Origin: Takakia lepidozioides
Taxonomy: Eukaryota; Plantae; Bryophyta
Direction of reading: 5' to 3'
Assembly: GCA_030704615.1 (NCBI GenBank)
Contig: CM060733.1
Location: 17,670,001 to 17,734,000, forward strand
DNA: 64,000 bases
Positions 40,450 through 53,900 of this stretch are shown one piece after another (within the stretch, counting starts at the first letter, position 1; the number at the start of each line of letters is the position of its first letter). The position numbers and the translations under genes are program-made. The notes beneath the pieces are model-generated. The model did not search any database, was not told the origin of the DNA, and was given only the letters and a program-made list of their open reading frames with translations.

Positions 40450-43400
40450 GCATTATTGCACATCCTCTCTATACATATATACTAGCTACCTCTGCTTATC
40501 TACTTGCAAAGAATTATGTATCCATGATACTTTGCCAAGCGCAATACTAACAAACAAGCCTCGTAATCCGTTGCATGATGAGACCTCTTTGCATAATAAA
40601 ATGAGAATACAGCTTTCGGTATGCCTTGAAGGAACCCTAAAACATTGAACTTTTTCTTTTCTTTTGGATTTTCATGGGCAATGAAATAATCATGATTTAT
40701 CTTTTTAACTGTATCAAAATTAAGAATTTACCGGTGGAGGTGGGTCCCACATTGCATGTGTTACATTAAAAAAGTTGTAAGAGGGACTTGGTTTTTTTTT
40801 ACACTGATGCTCTCATCTTTAGGGAGGAACCCGCACTACATAGGTTCACTCTTGGTGATGCAAACGTAAATTGTAGTATCGCCTCATCCCGAATGACTAT
40901 TATCGTCTATATTATGAATTTTTTGAATGGTCATAATTTGAGACATCATGGTTGTCCAAACCTCCTTCAAAGATTCGAAAGTCTGACCTTTTGACATAGT
41001 GACCCTTCTTTTTTATTACTAGGTTGTACATAATGGTAATATACATACAACTATATGACTTTGAGCCCCAAGACCGCTTACAAGACGGCCTTGTGCCCTA
41101 ACCACTTGAATGTTAATGTACATCATTGTAATTTATGATATTTTTTTTTTATCAATTGACCAGTTGATAGTTGGACAGTGCACTGAGAACCACCCATGTG
41201 ACTTCGGGTTCAAAACCTACTACATTATCGGATGTGGTTTAATATTCTCCCCTTTCTTCCGGCGTTGTGAGTTCATTGTGAAAGAGGTCATTTTCCCCTC
41301 TAACTATAATTAAAAGGCCTAGATTGTGAACGACTCCCGGAAGTTTTTCTTTCAAAAAATAAAATAAAAATCTAAATGTCAGATACATAATTATAATTGA
41401 TGTTTGTGCATTCAATTAGTTATTAATATTTAATGGAAGTTCAAAGAAGTACTCGCACCTTTTGGTACATGATGTTACATGTTAAAGTGTGTCTCTATGT
41501 ATCTAGATCTCTTTCAAAGTTGTACATTCGCAATTGTGATCATTACCCTTCTTCTTCCTTTACTTCTTTTTATACTTTTTTTCTAGTTAGATTTTTGCTT
41601 CCAAATATGAACATTATATTCACCGAAATGAAATTTATATCTATTTCATATCTACCGATAATTTATATTTGAATGAATTAGGTGTATGATCGAGCATCTT
41701 AGTGCAAACATAACATGATAATAGTCTTGGAGAAATATGTATTCACATGTATAGATAATAGAGGCATGCACTAATAATATACTTAAGTCTGACACTCTCA
41801 ATTTTGCAACTCTTACGAGACGTAGTCATGCATGATGACAAATCCTATATCAATCATTCAGTCTTTTTTTTTCAATTAAAATATTGATTACTACGTCGAG
41901 AATTTATGATTTCATATGTACGTGTTTATGTTTGAGAGAGAGAACCTCGAAAGCAAGAAAGAAAAAAATCGTTTTGTTTTTTTTTGTTTTTTTGGGTTCA
42001 ACAGTGGCAAATTGATATATCAATTCAACGCTACATTTTATGGATTAAAGAACATTGGGCATCTAATTGGATGTATTCAAGCAATCTAGATTTTGCTTTT
42101 TCACTTCATTATTTGTTTGCTTCAACCAATTTTCAACATCATACTTTTGTGGAATTATATGAGTTAAATGATAACCTAGAAAGATGTAGCCTGAAAAAGT
42201 TGTGTAGCATATTTTCATCTATATTAATCCACTATTATGGTTGTATTTATTAATATTGGATATTTCAACTATTTATTAAAGCTTTAACAAATTATATTCA
42301 TGACATCATGACAACAACTATGTATTATTGAGATTTTGGAGATCAACATTATTTTTCAATGACAACGCAAATTATTATATGCCAGAAATTACCACAACAA
42401 CCAAACATGATTTCGAATGAAGGTTTTTTGGGGTGAAACAAATTTTACATAAGATTTTATTTATGAAATTATGGCTCATTGGGTAGGTGCTTTACCCCTT
42501 CCAGATCCAATTGAAAGAGACAAACAACAAAAAGATCAAATCAATAGATTATCAATTAAAAGAAATTTGAAATCATCTTTGGATGTTAGTAAAACACGCA
42601 ACAACAAGCCTAGGTTATCTCAACAACATCAACAATCATTTGGAGCAATCCAAGGACTAAGACCAAGCATTAAACCATCATTGCCGAATCATGTACCTAC
42701 AACAATACCCAAACAATTGGATTTGCCACAATTTTCATCCCAACAAGAGACTCCACAATCCCAAGAAATGTGCAAGACAAATGAGCTACCAGCAAGGACA
42801 AAAATTAATACTTTGACTTCCGAGCAAAAGTCGCTATCAGAAAAACCAATTATGGGCATACGCAATGAAATGACAAAAAACTCCTTTTCTTATCAGCCTA
42901 ATCCCCCAAAACAAGATCAAACTATCAAATCATCTGAGGTTCATAATGAGATTGCTCATGAATCTGGCCCACTTGAAACTAGTAGAGGCTCAATCAAGCG
43001 ACTTCAAACAGGCTCATCTACACAACGACGTGCAACAATGGTGACTGTGGAGACAGCCCACATTGCTGAGGATGGAACTGTTAATTGTGTTTCAACATCA
43101 TTCGACGTCACCAATATGCAAAAGGTATCTACAACTAATAAAAGAGCATCAAAATCCAATGCAAATTTGAATCTTTTTTGGATTGATGCTATGCCAAAAG
43201 GTGCAATCGAAACGGAATTAAGACTTAATTATAATGTTCATCCGGTACAAATGGATGCTGCTATTAAGTGTGAATCGGAGACTGATCCCGGACCAAAATA
43301 TCCAATTGATCTAGTTAGACATGACCCCAAAGAAACTGTCTACCAACAAAAGAAACTCAAATTATTTGGTGCACAAATAGATGCATCCAAGTTGGAAAGA

Positions 43401-45590
43401 CAAAGATTTGACTATCTTGCAAACATGAACCTTCGTGGTGATACTAAATCTGCAATTGAGAGCCCAGAAGATTTGCAAGAAATGAATATTGCTAAGAAGG
43501 ATGCAAGAAAAAAACTTGAGAGATTGGAAAAATAACGTAGACATGGTTATGACATTATGATACAACTTGCTCATTTGAGTTGTTGAGTTTAAATCCACAT
43601 AGTCTAGGAGTTACACTTCAAAAATCAATTGAACTACTTCCAAGGGATCATTCACGATCATGATCTATTATATATGTTATGACATGGTTTTCTATATGTC
43701 GACAAGCGAAATCCACATGGTCTAATGGAGGCAAGACACATTGGGAACAAAAGGTATACAAATATGAATTTTGAGCCAAGATGATGCACTATAATAATGG
43801 AGGGGATATATGTGTAAATCTATAAAAACTTAACAAGGACTTTTCACAAAGAACATGTTGTAAGGAACAGTTTTTTTCAATAACCAATGTTTAAGAAATG
43901 AGGTCGGAAGTTATTATTTTCATGATGTCATTGATTTTTATATCAATTTATTACGACAAAGATGCATCTGATCTCCATTTTTGGAATTCATACCATAAAT
44001 ATAATTAAAGTAAATAATATATAATAATAAACTAAATATGTATTATAATTCTAAAGTAATAGTATAAATATAAATATTTTAATTTATTAAAACTGAAATT
44101 ATTATCTTGAAATAATATTTATAATTTATAATTTAATATGATATTTAAAATAATCCATCAATATAATAAATTAAATAATAATTATTCACATGATATAATA
44201 TATAATAATTAACTTCAAAATTTTATAATTTATAAAATTTATACTTATAAAAATTCACTGATTTATCATCTTTTGAAATTGATAAATATTTAGTCTTAAT
44301 AAATTGTTAATCTTAATATAATATAAATAGAATACACTCTATTAAAACTTCTCATTCACGTTGTATAGATAGAGTTTGGAACAAATTCTTGAAGAAGCAT
44401 CAAGACAAGGATCAAATTATTACAATGATCTATCTTACATTACAATCATTGAATGATATTTACAATCTCGAGTGTTACATTTGTCTATCATGAGGTATAA
44501 TCATCATTTAGATTATTTATATATTTGGAGTTTGATTATTTAAGAATATAATAGTATATGTTTATAATTTTGTATCAAAATAAGTAATTCATGGAAGAAA
44601 TCTAATATTCAACTGAATTAAATAACATGTATTGTACAAAACAAATAAAAAATGGTACTTAATATATTTGTATATTTTCATGAAGACATCCAATTAGTAT
44701 ATAACTTTCTCATCAATTAAAAAATGTTAATATTCTACTGATGAGTTCGTTTTTTTGTGCCTCTAGATAAGATGAAGGTGACAAACTTAATAAATCTATT
44801 TATCTTCCCAAACCGATGCGGATAGAGGCTCTCTTGTATGCCTCTATATAAGGGGAACATAATTCACCTTTTAGTGCCATATTTCCTGAACCATGGGTCA
44901 TTGCCAAGGGAGAGAGTGAGAGCTTATTTTATGGTCCAGTATGTGATTTAACAAAATTTGTTCAAAGGTGTGTAGGTCTATTAGCATATTGTTTGTTAAG
45001 TGTGCATAACAATGCTCCATGGGAGGCCGAGAGAAAAATAGAACAGACATGAGCATAAGGTTTAGCACAAAGCATTTCCAAACAGATATTGGTGAACTTG
45101 GAATACTTAAAAATCAATTGTAAGCCACTCGCTCGTGGTTTGATTGATATTGATACAAAATAATGAGATATTGTATTCACATTACAAATAAAGATTGTGG
45201 CAAAGAAGTGTTATTCATAGCAATAAACATAGGTAAAGAATCCATTAGAGGTTGCTTTATCAGACGGTTGTTTTCCTTCGCAACTCATTGTGTTTATCTT
45301 AAATGTACACACTGACTTCAATATGTCTACCCCAAAAATGCTGTAGGCACCACCCATGGACAAGAATAACATAAGAACTTTCATCTATCCAATCATACAC
45401 AGTTGTTTAGTATTTCAATCTTACAAAATATACACCACCATGTGGTATTCTGATGTCGTATGTGGAGAGCGAGGAAGCACTACCTAAAAGAAGATAAAGA
45501 GCCCCCCTCACGTTCATTAAAGAGAGAGAGAGAGGATTCCGGCAAAGCCAGCGTAACTAAGAGCCACTTCACTTTGCGACTACTGCGGCA
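40450..45590 (+). repeat. Segmental duplication, copy 2, with about 1.6 kb extra sequence (about 42193-43790) and no BTB gene
   Basis: Colinear with 31150-34460; homology breaks after AAGATGTAGCCT and resumes near AAAAACTTAACAAG. Confidence 0.88.
42471..43535 (+). CDS. Intronless orphan ORF, 354 aa (Q/S/P/T-rich N-half, charged C-terminus)
   Basis: 1065-nt open frame in very AT-rich DNA, where stops are frequent by chance; no recognised domain. Confidence 0.6.
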   Translation: MAHWVGALPLPDPIERDKQQKDQINRLSIKRNLKSSLDVSKTRNNKPRLSQQHQQSFGAIQGLRPSIKPSLPNHVPTTIPKQLDLPQFSSQQETPQSQEMCKTNELPARTKINTLTSEQKSLSEKPIMGIRNEMTKNSFSYQPNPPKQDQTIKSSEVHNEIAHESGPLETSRGSIKRLQTGSSTQRRATMVTVETAHIAEDGTVNCVSTSFDVTNMQKVSTTNKRASKSNANLNLFWIDAMPKGAIETELRLNYNVHPVQMDAAIKCESETDPGPKYPIDLVRHDPKETVYQQKKLKLFGAQIDASKLERQRFDYLANMNLRGDTKSAIESPEDLQEMNIAKKDARKKLERLEK

Positions 45591-45699
45591 TGTCGAGGGT
45601 GGGATCTACATAGTGAATAGTCGGACCGGGTGCTTGGGGGGGGGGGGGGGGGGGGAGAATAATACCGTGTACTACTCTTAAACAGATTTATGGTTTCTA

Positions 45700-45900
45700 A
45701 GCTCGCATTTGTTGGTGATGGTTGTGATGAGGGAGCGAATGGCAGTGATGCAAGAGTACGACTTCCAGGTGGTGCATCGAGCCGGTATAGTTAATCGGGA
45801 TGCAGATGGGTTGAGTCGTAATGTATGCACGAGCGAGTATAATGATACTGGAGCTCGGTGGCATGGTGAGACGGATGAGGAGATGGTGCCAGGAGATGAT
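45700..45900 (+). mobile_element. Ty3/Gypsy RNase H C-terminal fragment
   Basis: MQEYDFQVVHRAGIVNRDADGLSR. Confidence 0.85.
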
Positions 45901-47879
45901 TTTGTAGATATGATCTATCAATCATCAAAACTATCTTTTACATCTCAACACTCAAGAGTCAAAGTTCAAGTGAGTTCTGATTTTACTTCATTGTTTTCAA
46001 AAAAATGCTTTGCATTATTTATGTCCATATCCCCCCCTTCAACATGAGAGTTGCTCATGATGCTAGGGGATATCCTATTCTTTTGCGGAGTTTGCTTTGT
46101 CAAGTAGCACTCAAACGTTTATGATCAGGTAGGGCTATACAAACCACCGTGGTCTGCATATTCTTTGTCCAAACTCCTCCATGTGAGCATCTCATTTCTG
46201 ACAGCAGGAAGTTACCCTTAGGATGCACAGTTCGTCAAAAGCTCGTTTGATCATACGAAAGAGTATACCTCCCCATTACGCTGCCACGTACATCATCATA
46301 ATATGATGTGTTACAGGCTTACTTGGGGCAAAAAGTAAGTCAGTATATTGCCCTATAATCATAACATGATATGTTACAGATTAAACAAGGGCGACTTGCA
46401 TAAATCATCATTGTTTCACACCACTAGTGCTAGCATGATGCCACAGAGGGCTTCACCTACCAGTTTCAGTGGTCCAGGGGTCGAAACCCAATGGTTTAAG
46501 TGGTATTCAGATGGCCCAGGGATTACACCTCAAGGAACACAAAATATAGTGAACAATTGTAGAGGATCATATCAGATATTTATTTGGCTTTAGATTAAAT
46601 AAAATTTAACTGGTCCAAGGATCAAACTTCCAAGAGACCAAAATTAGGGGCAATGAGAAAAATAATTGGATAAAGAGTACCCCTTGTTATCCTGATTAAA
46701 CTTTATTTTTTTCAAAACATTTTTGTAATCATGAATCCCTGTTCACTGTTTAAATCCACTTGGATACAAAATCCATAAATAGCTTTGTCCTCACTCTTTA
46801 AAAATATTGACGTAAAGTTGTAAAATTATCATATCTGATGTCATTCTCCCAATCAGTCAAGGGATACAAGGGAATGGCAGTTAAACATCATTTTGAGGGT
46901 GTATATATAAACAATCACTCCTATTGAAATAAACATAAATTATAATGTCATTTTCTCCCCAAGGGTTATTGCCTTTTATTTGAAAGGTGGACATGCAACT
47001 TGTAACATAAGGTAAAGATCCAATACTATTTCTAATTCTAACACAAAAAGTAAGTCGCAGGGGGGTGAGAAGATATAACTTCCCCACTATGGGGCACTCA
47101 ACGAGTCCGGATCATCATTAAGCAGTCCAAGATTGCTCTTGAGACCACATCCCAATCTAAAGTCAATCTTCTAGTTTAATTGAGAAGCCAAATTGTGGTT
47201 TGGTATGTACTCAAACTTTGTTGTGGCCATGAGATGAATAAGAATGTATGTGTTATTTGTAACTTGTTGAATCACAAACTTTCGGTGCATCTATTAAAAG
47301 CATATAAAAAGTCTAGATTCAAATTGTCAAACAAGCTAGGGTTACTAGCTAGTGACTTCGAGATGATACGACATCAAGAGTTCTATGCAAATTTAAGTGA
47401 GACATCAAAGATGTCTATGCTCACCACATAGAGAGCTACTAAAAAATGCAAAGATACCCGATCGTTTTAAAATTAGACATATTAAAGATAATCAATACCA
47501 GAGCTTTGCAATGGTTCTTCCATAGTCTTGCGGTTTTTAGGTGTGGCCATGTTTCTAATTATGAATAAAAAAAACAAATGGCCAAAAGTGCAGATTTTGC
47601 AATCAAGGGTAACGTGTAAGTCTTTTAAGGGTTAAAAACAACTAACTAACACATGACAAGTAGTGATTATGACATTTATTGGCTTTGTCCCAATTTACTT
47701 GGATAGAGGCATTGTGGGGATTCCTTATGAGCGGGTATAGGGTGCGAGTAATGGAGGTAGGCTGAATGGATAAGCCTCCAGATATACCTTTACTAGGTGG
47801 TGAGCGGTTAGATCCCCCTTCACTAGTTATTACTTATATTATTAACTTTAAGGAAGATTAATATATATTCCATTTGAAT

Positions 47880-48420
47880 CATTTATAAGCTTTTCGACAT
47901 TGAGAGCAGATGACAGAAGACACGTGTGAAAATATAATGACAGTAATTACAGCGTAGATACACTTTTAATATATGAGCTTCTATATCTATCTATATACAC
48001 GGTAGTTTGGCATATTATTAAAGTATCAGGTGTAGCTTGGTGGTGAGGAGGTTGGAATATTTCCCAGCAAGTGCTGGGTTCAAACTTTACATGCCACGTA
48101 GAATATATATTTTTGAAGAGGCCAAGAACTTGGATGGAAATGTTCATTCATTGTAAACTTTTTGACATTGAGAACAGATGAAAGTGGACATGTGTCAGAA
48201 GATTACTGATGGGTAATTATACGTAGGGCAGTGACTTTTGATGTGGTAGTATTTATATAACTAGATATATACATTGTAGTCAAGTTTTTTATAAAGATAG
48301 CAGGTGTAGCTTAGCGGTAAGAAGGTTGCATGATTCTCTGGTGGGTGTTGGGTTCAAACCTATATGCCACGAAGCACATGTATTTTTCAAGAGGTTATGA
48401 AGTTGGATGAAGAAATTCAC
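47880..48420 (+). repeat. Two tandem units of about 273 bp, each with a tRNA-like A/B-box cassette; third cassette at about 48630-48715
   Basis: CAGGTGTAGCTT(G/A)G(T/C)GGT...GGGTTCAAAC...ATGCCACG at 48028 and 48301; CTAGTGGTTA...GGGTTCAAAA at 48637-48696. Confidence 0.8.
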
Positions 48421-49070
48421 AACAAATGAAGAAGGTAGCCTGTGAGAGGGATGATAGGGTGGCCGCAAAGGAGGATGTAAAAACAAAGGGTGGCCAAAAT
48501 TCCAAAAAATGAACTGAAAATGACAGTTTTTCATTTTTTTTTTGGGATGAAAGAACACATGTCAGCAAGATTTTTTTTTAAAACGGAAAAAAAAAACCAT
48601 AATCTAACCAAGAGTATGACACTATGCCATGATTGCTCTAGTGGTTATCATGAGTGATCTTAAGACTTTCTATTCTAAGAGGTTGTGGGTTCAAAATTGC
48701 CATACCCTACTTTTTGGAACAAACTACAATTTCCCCATTGCCCTAAGATTCTTTCGGATTGTTTAGGGTTTCGCATTCATTTTCGAGCTCATCTTCTTCG
48801 TTTTTGCTCTCGTCTTCTGCAACATCTTGTTGTCTTTCTCCATGACCTGCTTGTAAAGTAGGCGGCGCCACTAAGTAACCTATGGAGCGGCGCAATTAAG
48901 GCGCACATGGGGCGGTCTCATTCTTCCAAAGGCATTTTCTTGAGGTCATCCATAGGCGCTCCAAAACGGATTCCATAGCTACATTTGTGAGTATAAGCTT
49001 GCTCCTACTCCCTCTCTCTCTTTGCATCCTTCACCCTCTAGTCCGTGTTGCGGTAGCAGTTGCTTTTACA

Positions 49071-50494
49071 ATGTCTGATGTAGCACCGAAGGAAGGCAGG
49101 ATGGTAGTCACAGTGGATGACTTGAACTATGGAATCCGAGATGTTGCATTTGAGGCGAAGGTGCTGAACATATATGGCACCTTCGATCGGATTGCCAACA
49201 AGACCATGGAAGATCCAGGTTATGCTTATTTGCACTGTGATTTGCTAGATAAGACAGCCTTGACCACAGTCACTTTGAGAGTGAAGTCGCCCTTTAAAAA
49301 AAATGCATGAGCAGTCTTTATAAAAGGGAATGTATGTGAGGGTGGAAAATTTTGGGATGGACTCAAAATCCAAAAGAGGTTTTGAGAAAGGCGATATGTA
49401 GTGGTCATAACAGTTGAGTCGACCACAACCGTGTCTTCAATTCCTGCCTTTGAACCTGAGTTGATTCCCATGTTTTTCGACACGGATTCCATTAGAGAAT
49501 TCCGAGCTTCTCTTCAAAGTTGGGTCTGTGCCACCCTTGCTGTCATTGTTACTGCAATAAGGGGGGGAGGACAAGATACGAAGGGTGAAAAACAACTAAT
49601 GATTGCAGATGGAGAGGGAGAATTTGACCAGGATGTTCTTGCTATGGGAAAGAATTTCAAAACAGAATATGATCAAATCATGGAAGCATACAATGCTGGC
49701 CAATGTGTTATAGTCTTAATTAAGAATGTTGCAACAACATCCAAAGGAGATCAACATTTGAGAGCACAACCCCACACAATTTTCAGCAGGGTTGTTGATG
49801 AAAGCGTTCAAGCTGGTCTTCTTCATTTGCACAACAAAATTACCAGTACTCAGCCCTCAGTAAGAGAGGTAAACCATTATATCTTCATTTGTTTGTATTG
49901 AATTTTTTGCTATCAATTTTAGTTAATCTGTACCTTATTCTAAAATAATGTAATCCTGGATTTTCCCAGGTAATCGAGGTGTTGTCCATACTCGGCCCTG
50001 CTGCCCCTCCATTTCAGAAAGTATGTGAGCACTGTCGTGTATCAGATATCACCATCTCTCTGACCGACGATGTTCATTGTAACGGCTGTCGTTTGAAAAC
50101 AAAGGTTCACAAGTCAGGTTTTCTCCGTGCCTCCATTGCAACCGACACTGAACTTGTGTTGCTGACCATTGAGGGCAAATAGCTCAAGGCAATCGTGCAT
50201 ATGGTAGAATCCGAGTTCCTCAATTTCCCTCGTCCAAAACAGGTTCAGCTCCTCAACACAATTCGCATTCGTGGTAAATTTCAGATGAGCCCCACATCTG
50301 CCCTTGTTGGTTTTCAAGAGGACATTCAACAATCAATCCCTAAAACGGAATTTCCTGTGGATTTGGATGTAACCCCTTTGGCAGCTCGTTCTGGTCCATC
50401 GAAATTAGGACCATATGATGATGTACAACACGGTGTGAAACGCAAACTTCACTTTGATGATCTAGAATTAGTTTCTAATCAGAAAACCTCTTAA
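49071..50494 (+). pseudogene. Helitron-associated RPA70-like OB-fold/zinc-ribbon gene, disrupted (frameshift near 49300, stop at 50180-50182; intron about 49860-49969)
   Basis: OB-like VAFEAKVLNIY...LHCDLLDKT..TLRV, a second OB-like segment, and a CEHC-x13-CNGC ribbon; lies directly upstream of a Rep. Confidence 0.55.
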
Positions 50495-50971
50495 ACACTT
50501 GGTGTTTTTTAAAATAGTTTTTAGTGCATCATCCTTGCTGTTCTCTTCTCTTTGATATAAGCAGCTTGTGATATGAAAAACTTTTATATTACAATTTTGT
50601 AGCCCTTACTATAATATTTTTTCCATTGTTGTTTTCAAGGTACAAAGAAAAGTTTCGTATTACATATAGTTTTCATTCGTAAATCAGTTCTTTCGTGGTT
50701 TTCACATCATCATATGTGATCAGTTTTCAACAATTCAAATGATATTGTAAGCAGTTATATACACAAAACGGTTTCTATGTAAGCGGTTTTTATTAAATGG
50801 TCAAACTTATTCAAACCCACTCTTTATTGACAAAATACAGTTCATATTTACATTCATTTTTTAATTGGTGACCGGGCAATATTTCAGTTCTCAGTCTAGT
50901 ATCCAGTTTTCAAATGTAGTTCTCAAAATTTAAATCTAGTTCTTACATCTATTTAATTAAGATTCATAATA

Positions 50972-53900
50972 ATGGGCACAATTACACCGGATCTCCTTCT
51001 TCATTCTTCATTTGACCATGTCTTACATTCATCCGGACTTCGTCTGGTTTCAACATATAAATATGAAGTGGGTAATTATTTATTTGATTTTATTTCTTAT
51101 CTATTACATAATGAAATATCGTCTCTTCAATTGAGGCAAAACAGTATGACATATTTAAGTCAATGTTTATTATTAAATACAGAGAAAGCCCAACAATGTC
51201 GCATTCGAGAATTGAATCCAGATTTTTTGTTTGATTTACATCAAGGTGCAGTCTTAAATGAACATGAATATGTGACTAAATTGTCACAAAGTGCTACAAT
51301 TGGAGGTCTGTGGGGAGATTTCACTGCAATTTTCTGGATAACAGAATATTTACAAAGGCCAATTTACATTTGGAATAAAGTATCAAAACGTATAATGTCT
51401 CGATGTGGAATGGATTTTCAATCTAGCCCCTTACATATAGCTTACAATGCTCAACATTTTGAACCAATTGAGTATGATGCACCTATGTCTCTACCTTTTT
51501 CTCAAACAAATGGTCATCAAGTAATCATAAATTTGGATGAATTTCCATCTCTCTCAGAATCAACAACACAACAACCATCTAGTCAATCTCCACAAGCAAA
51601 TTTACGTTTCACTTGGAATGAAAAATTAGACTCTACATTGATGGACCTTTTGAAAAATAATTCTACTTCACAATTGGATTATATTGCCTCACTATTCAAC
51701 ACTTTTTGCAATACAAATATTACCCAAAAACAAGTTAAAAACCGTATTCAATACTTTTTTTTTTAAAAATGAAACAGGTTGCAAATACCAGTGTCCCTCA
51801 GGTTTCATCTCCACCCATTACAAGTTCCATTCCAACAAGTCAACAAATTCCTAATATGCAATTGTCACACTCCTCTCCAACCATTACTTCCAATCCCACA
51901 CAAGAAGAAAATAAATAAATAAATCGATTGGAAACTTCATGACAACAAATTTTTTGAATTATTACAAACTTGTCCAAATCTACCTTATTCTACAAAAGCA
52001 TCCAAATTCATTAACATGTTTCCAAATATTAAAAGAACAATGTCACAAATTATTAATCACATGAAATATTTATATATTACAAATTCAAGTAAATTTGTCA
52101 CAAATACCAGTGTCCCTCAGGTTTCGTCTACAACCATTTTAATTTCCATTCCAACAAGTCAACTCCCTAGTATGCAATTGTCACACTCCTCTCCACCCAA
52201 TATTTCTAACCTCACACAAAAAAGAAAAAGAGAATATTTTCATTGGGCACTTTATGACAACAAATTTTTTGACTTATTACAAACATATCCAAATCTACCT
52301 TATTCTACAAAAGCATCCAAATTCATTAACATGTTTCCAAATATTAAACGAACAATCTCACAAATTATTCATCACATGAAATATATATATATTAAAAAAT
52401 CACATAAATTTGTCACAAACAACAAAGTTCAATCACCATATATTGAATGCACTTCGGATGAGATCAAACAACCACCTCATGTGCAACAACATACTGAAAC
52501 AAATGAATATGCACATAAATCAATATACATTGATATCTATAATGAACAAATTCAAGATGTTCCTATAATTCCCTGTTTTTGTTGTGAAAGGATGTGCTTT
52601 TTAAGACAATTAAAATTTCTTTCAAAAAAATTGTCAAAAAAACTTTCCGTATACTTCAAATTCAAATAGACCCTACATTATGCATATGTACAAGTTGTTT
52701 ACGTAACATTAATACAGATAAACCGCCTTTGTATCAGGTGCCAAATAAAATTTCTAGAAATAAAATCATTCCATCAGTCCAAAAACTAACACAATTAGAA
52801 GAACGTCTTATTTCGCCACGTCTTGTTTTTGCTCAAATTTATAAACTTCATGGTTATGGACAATATAAAATGCATGGCAGTGTTATCAATGTTCCTGCAA
52901 ATGTGGATCAAACTCAATCTATCACGTCTACCATATGATGAAGCAACAATAGGTCTATTCCTCAAGCAACGTCTTGAATACAAATCACCTTATATGTCGG
53001 GAAATATTCGTCCAAACTTGGTTATGCTCGCTCTACGAGATTTAATTGAAACGCCATTACACAAAAATTTGAATGTTACTATTCACCATCAATGAGAAAG
53101 TTTGTTTGCCTTGCATATACACTCAAAAGCTCAAACTCACAGTTCAACATCTGATAATTCTGACAACGATGAAAGAAATTGTACACCAACCGACTCCATG
53201 ATACATAATTTTTTAGACGCTCCAAAAATAATGGACTACGAAAATGATGTATATTCTGTTGCTCCAAGTTAAAATTTTCATCCCTTAGGTTTATTTAAAG
53301 ACAAGCACTCGGAAGAACTAAATTTCCCCAACATTACTTTATGGCCATCCTCGACTAGTTTCTGGAAGGCTTTCATATCAACAGATAGCACAATGGGAGT
53401 TGCTCCACAAATCTGGTGAATTTTTCGACCAATATTTCAAACCTTTTTTTCAAAGCCGCTAAAGTTTCAATCCAGAAGGTCATAGGTTCAGGCTGGGTGC
53501 GAATACGAAAAGGGAAACTAAGTGGAAGAACATTAAAAGCTTCTCAAGTACGGGATAAACCAAACTTGGACCAAATTTTTAAAATCATGCCTAGGCTATC
53601 GTGATTTGGAAAGTTTACGCACTTCACCTGATTATTTAGAAGGCTTGCGTAAGAATTTATTTGCAATGATTCGACAGCTCGGTCCTCCAACATTCTTTGT
53701 GACTTTTACATCTGCTGAAACATTATGGGATCCTCTCATTAAGGCTTTACACACTTTACATACTAGAAGACTAAATCTCCCAAATAAAATGGAAGCCCTC
53801 CAATCTGCTAACATAGCCGAACCGACCCCATAACATGTGCAAAATACTACGATCATAAAATGTCTTCATTTCGTAAACTTATGACAAAAGATGAGACTCT

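Noticed and set aside
48025-48380. Functional tRNA genes
   Set aside because: A and B boxes are present but acceptor and anticodon stems do not pair; the same applies to 15200, 36758 and 12145-12372
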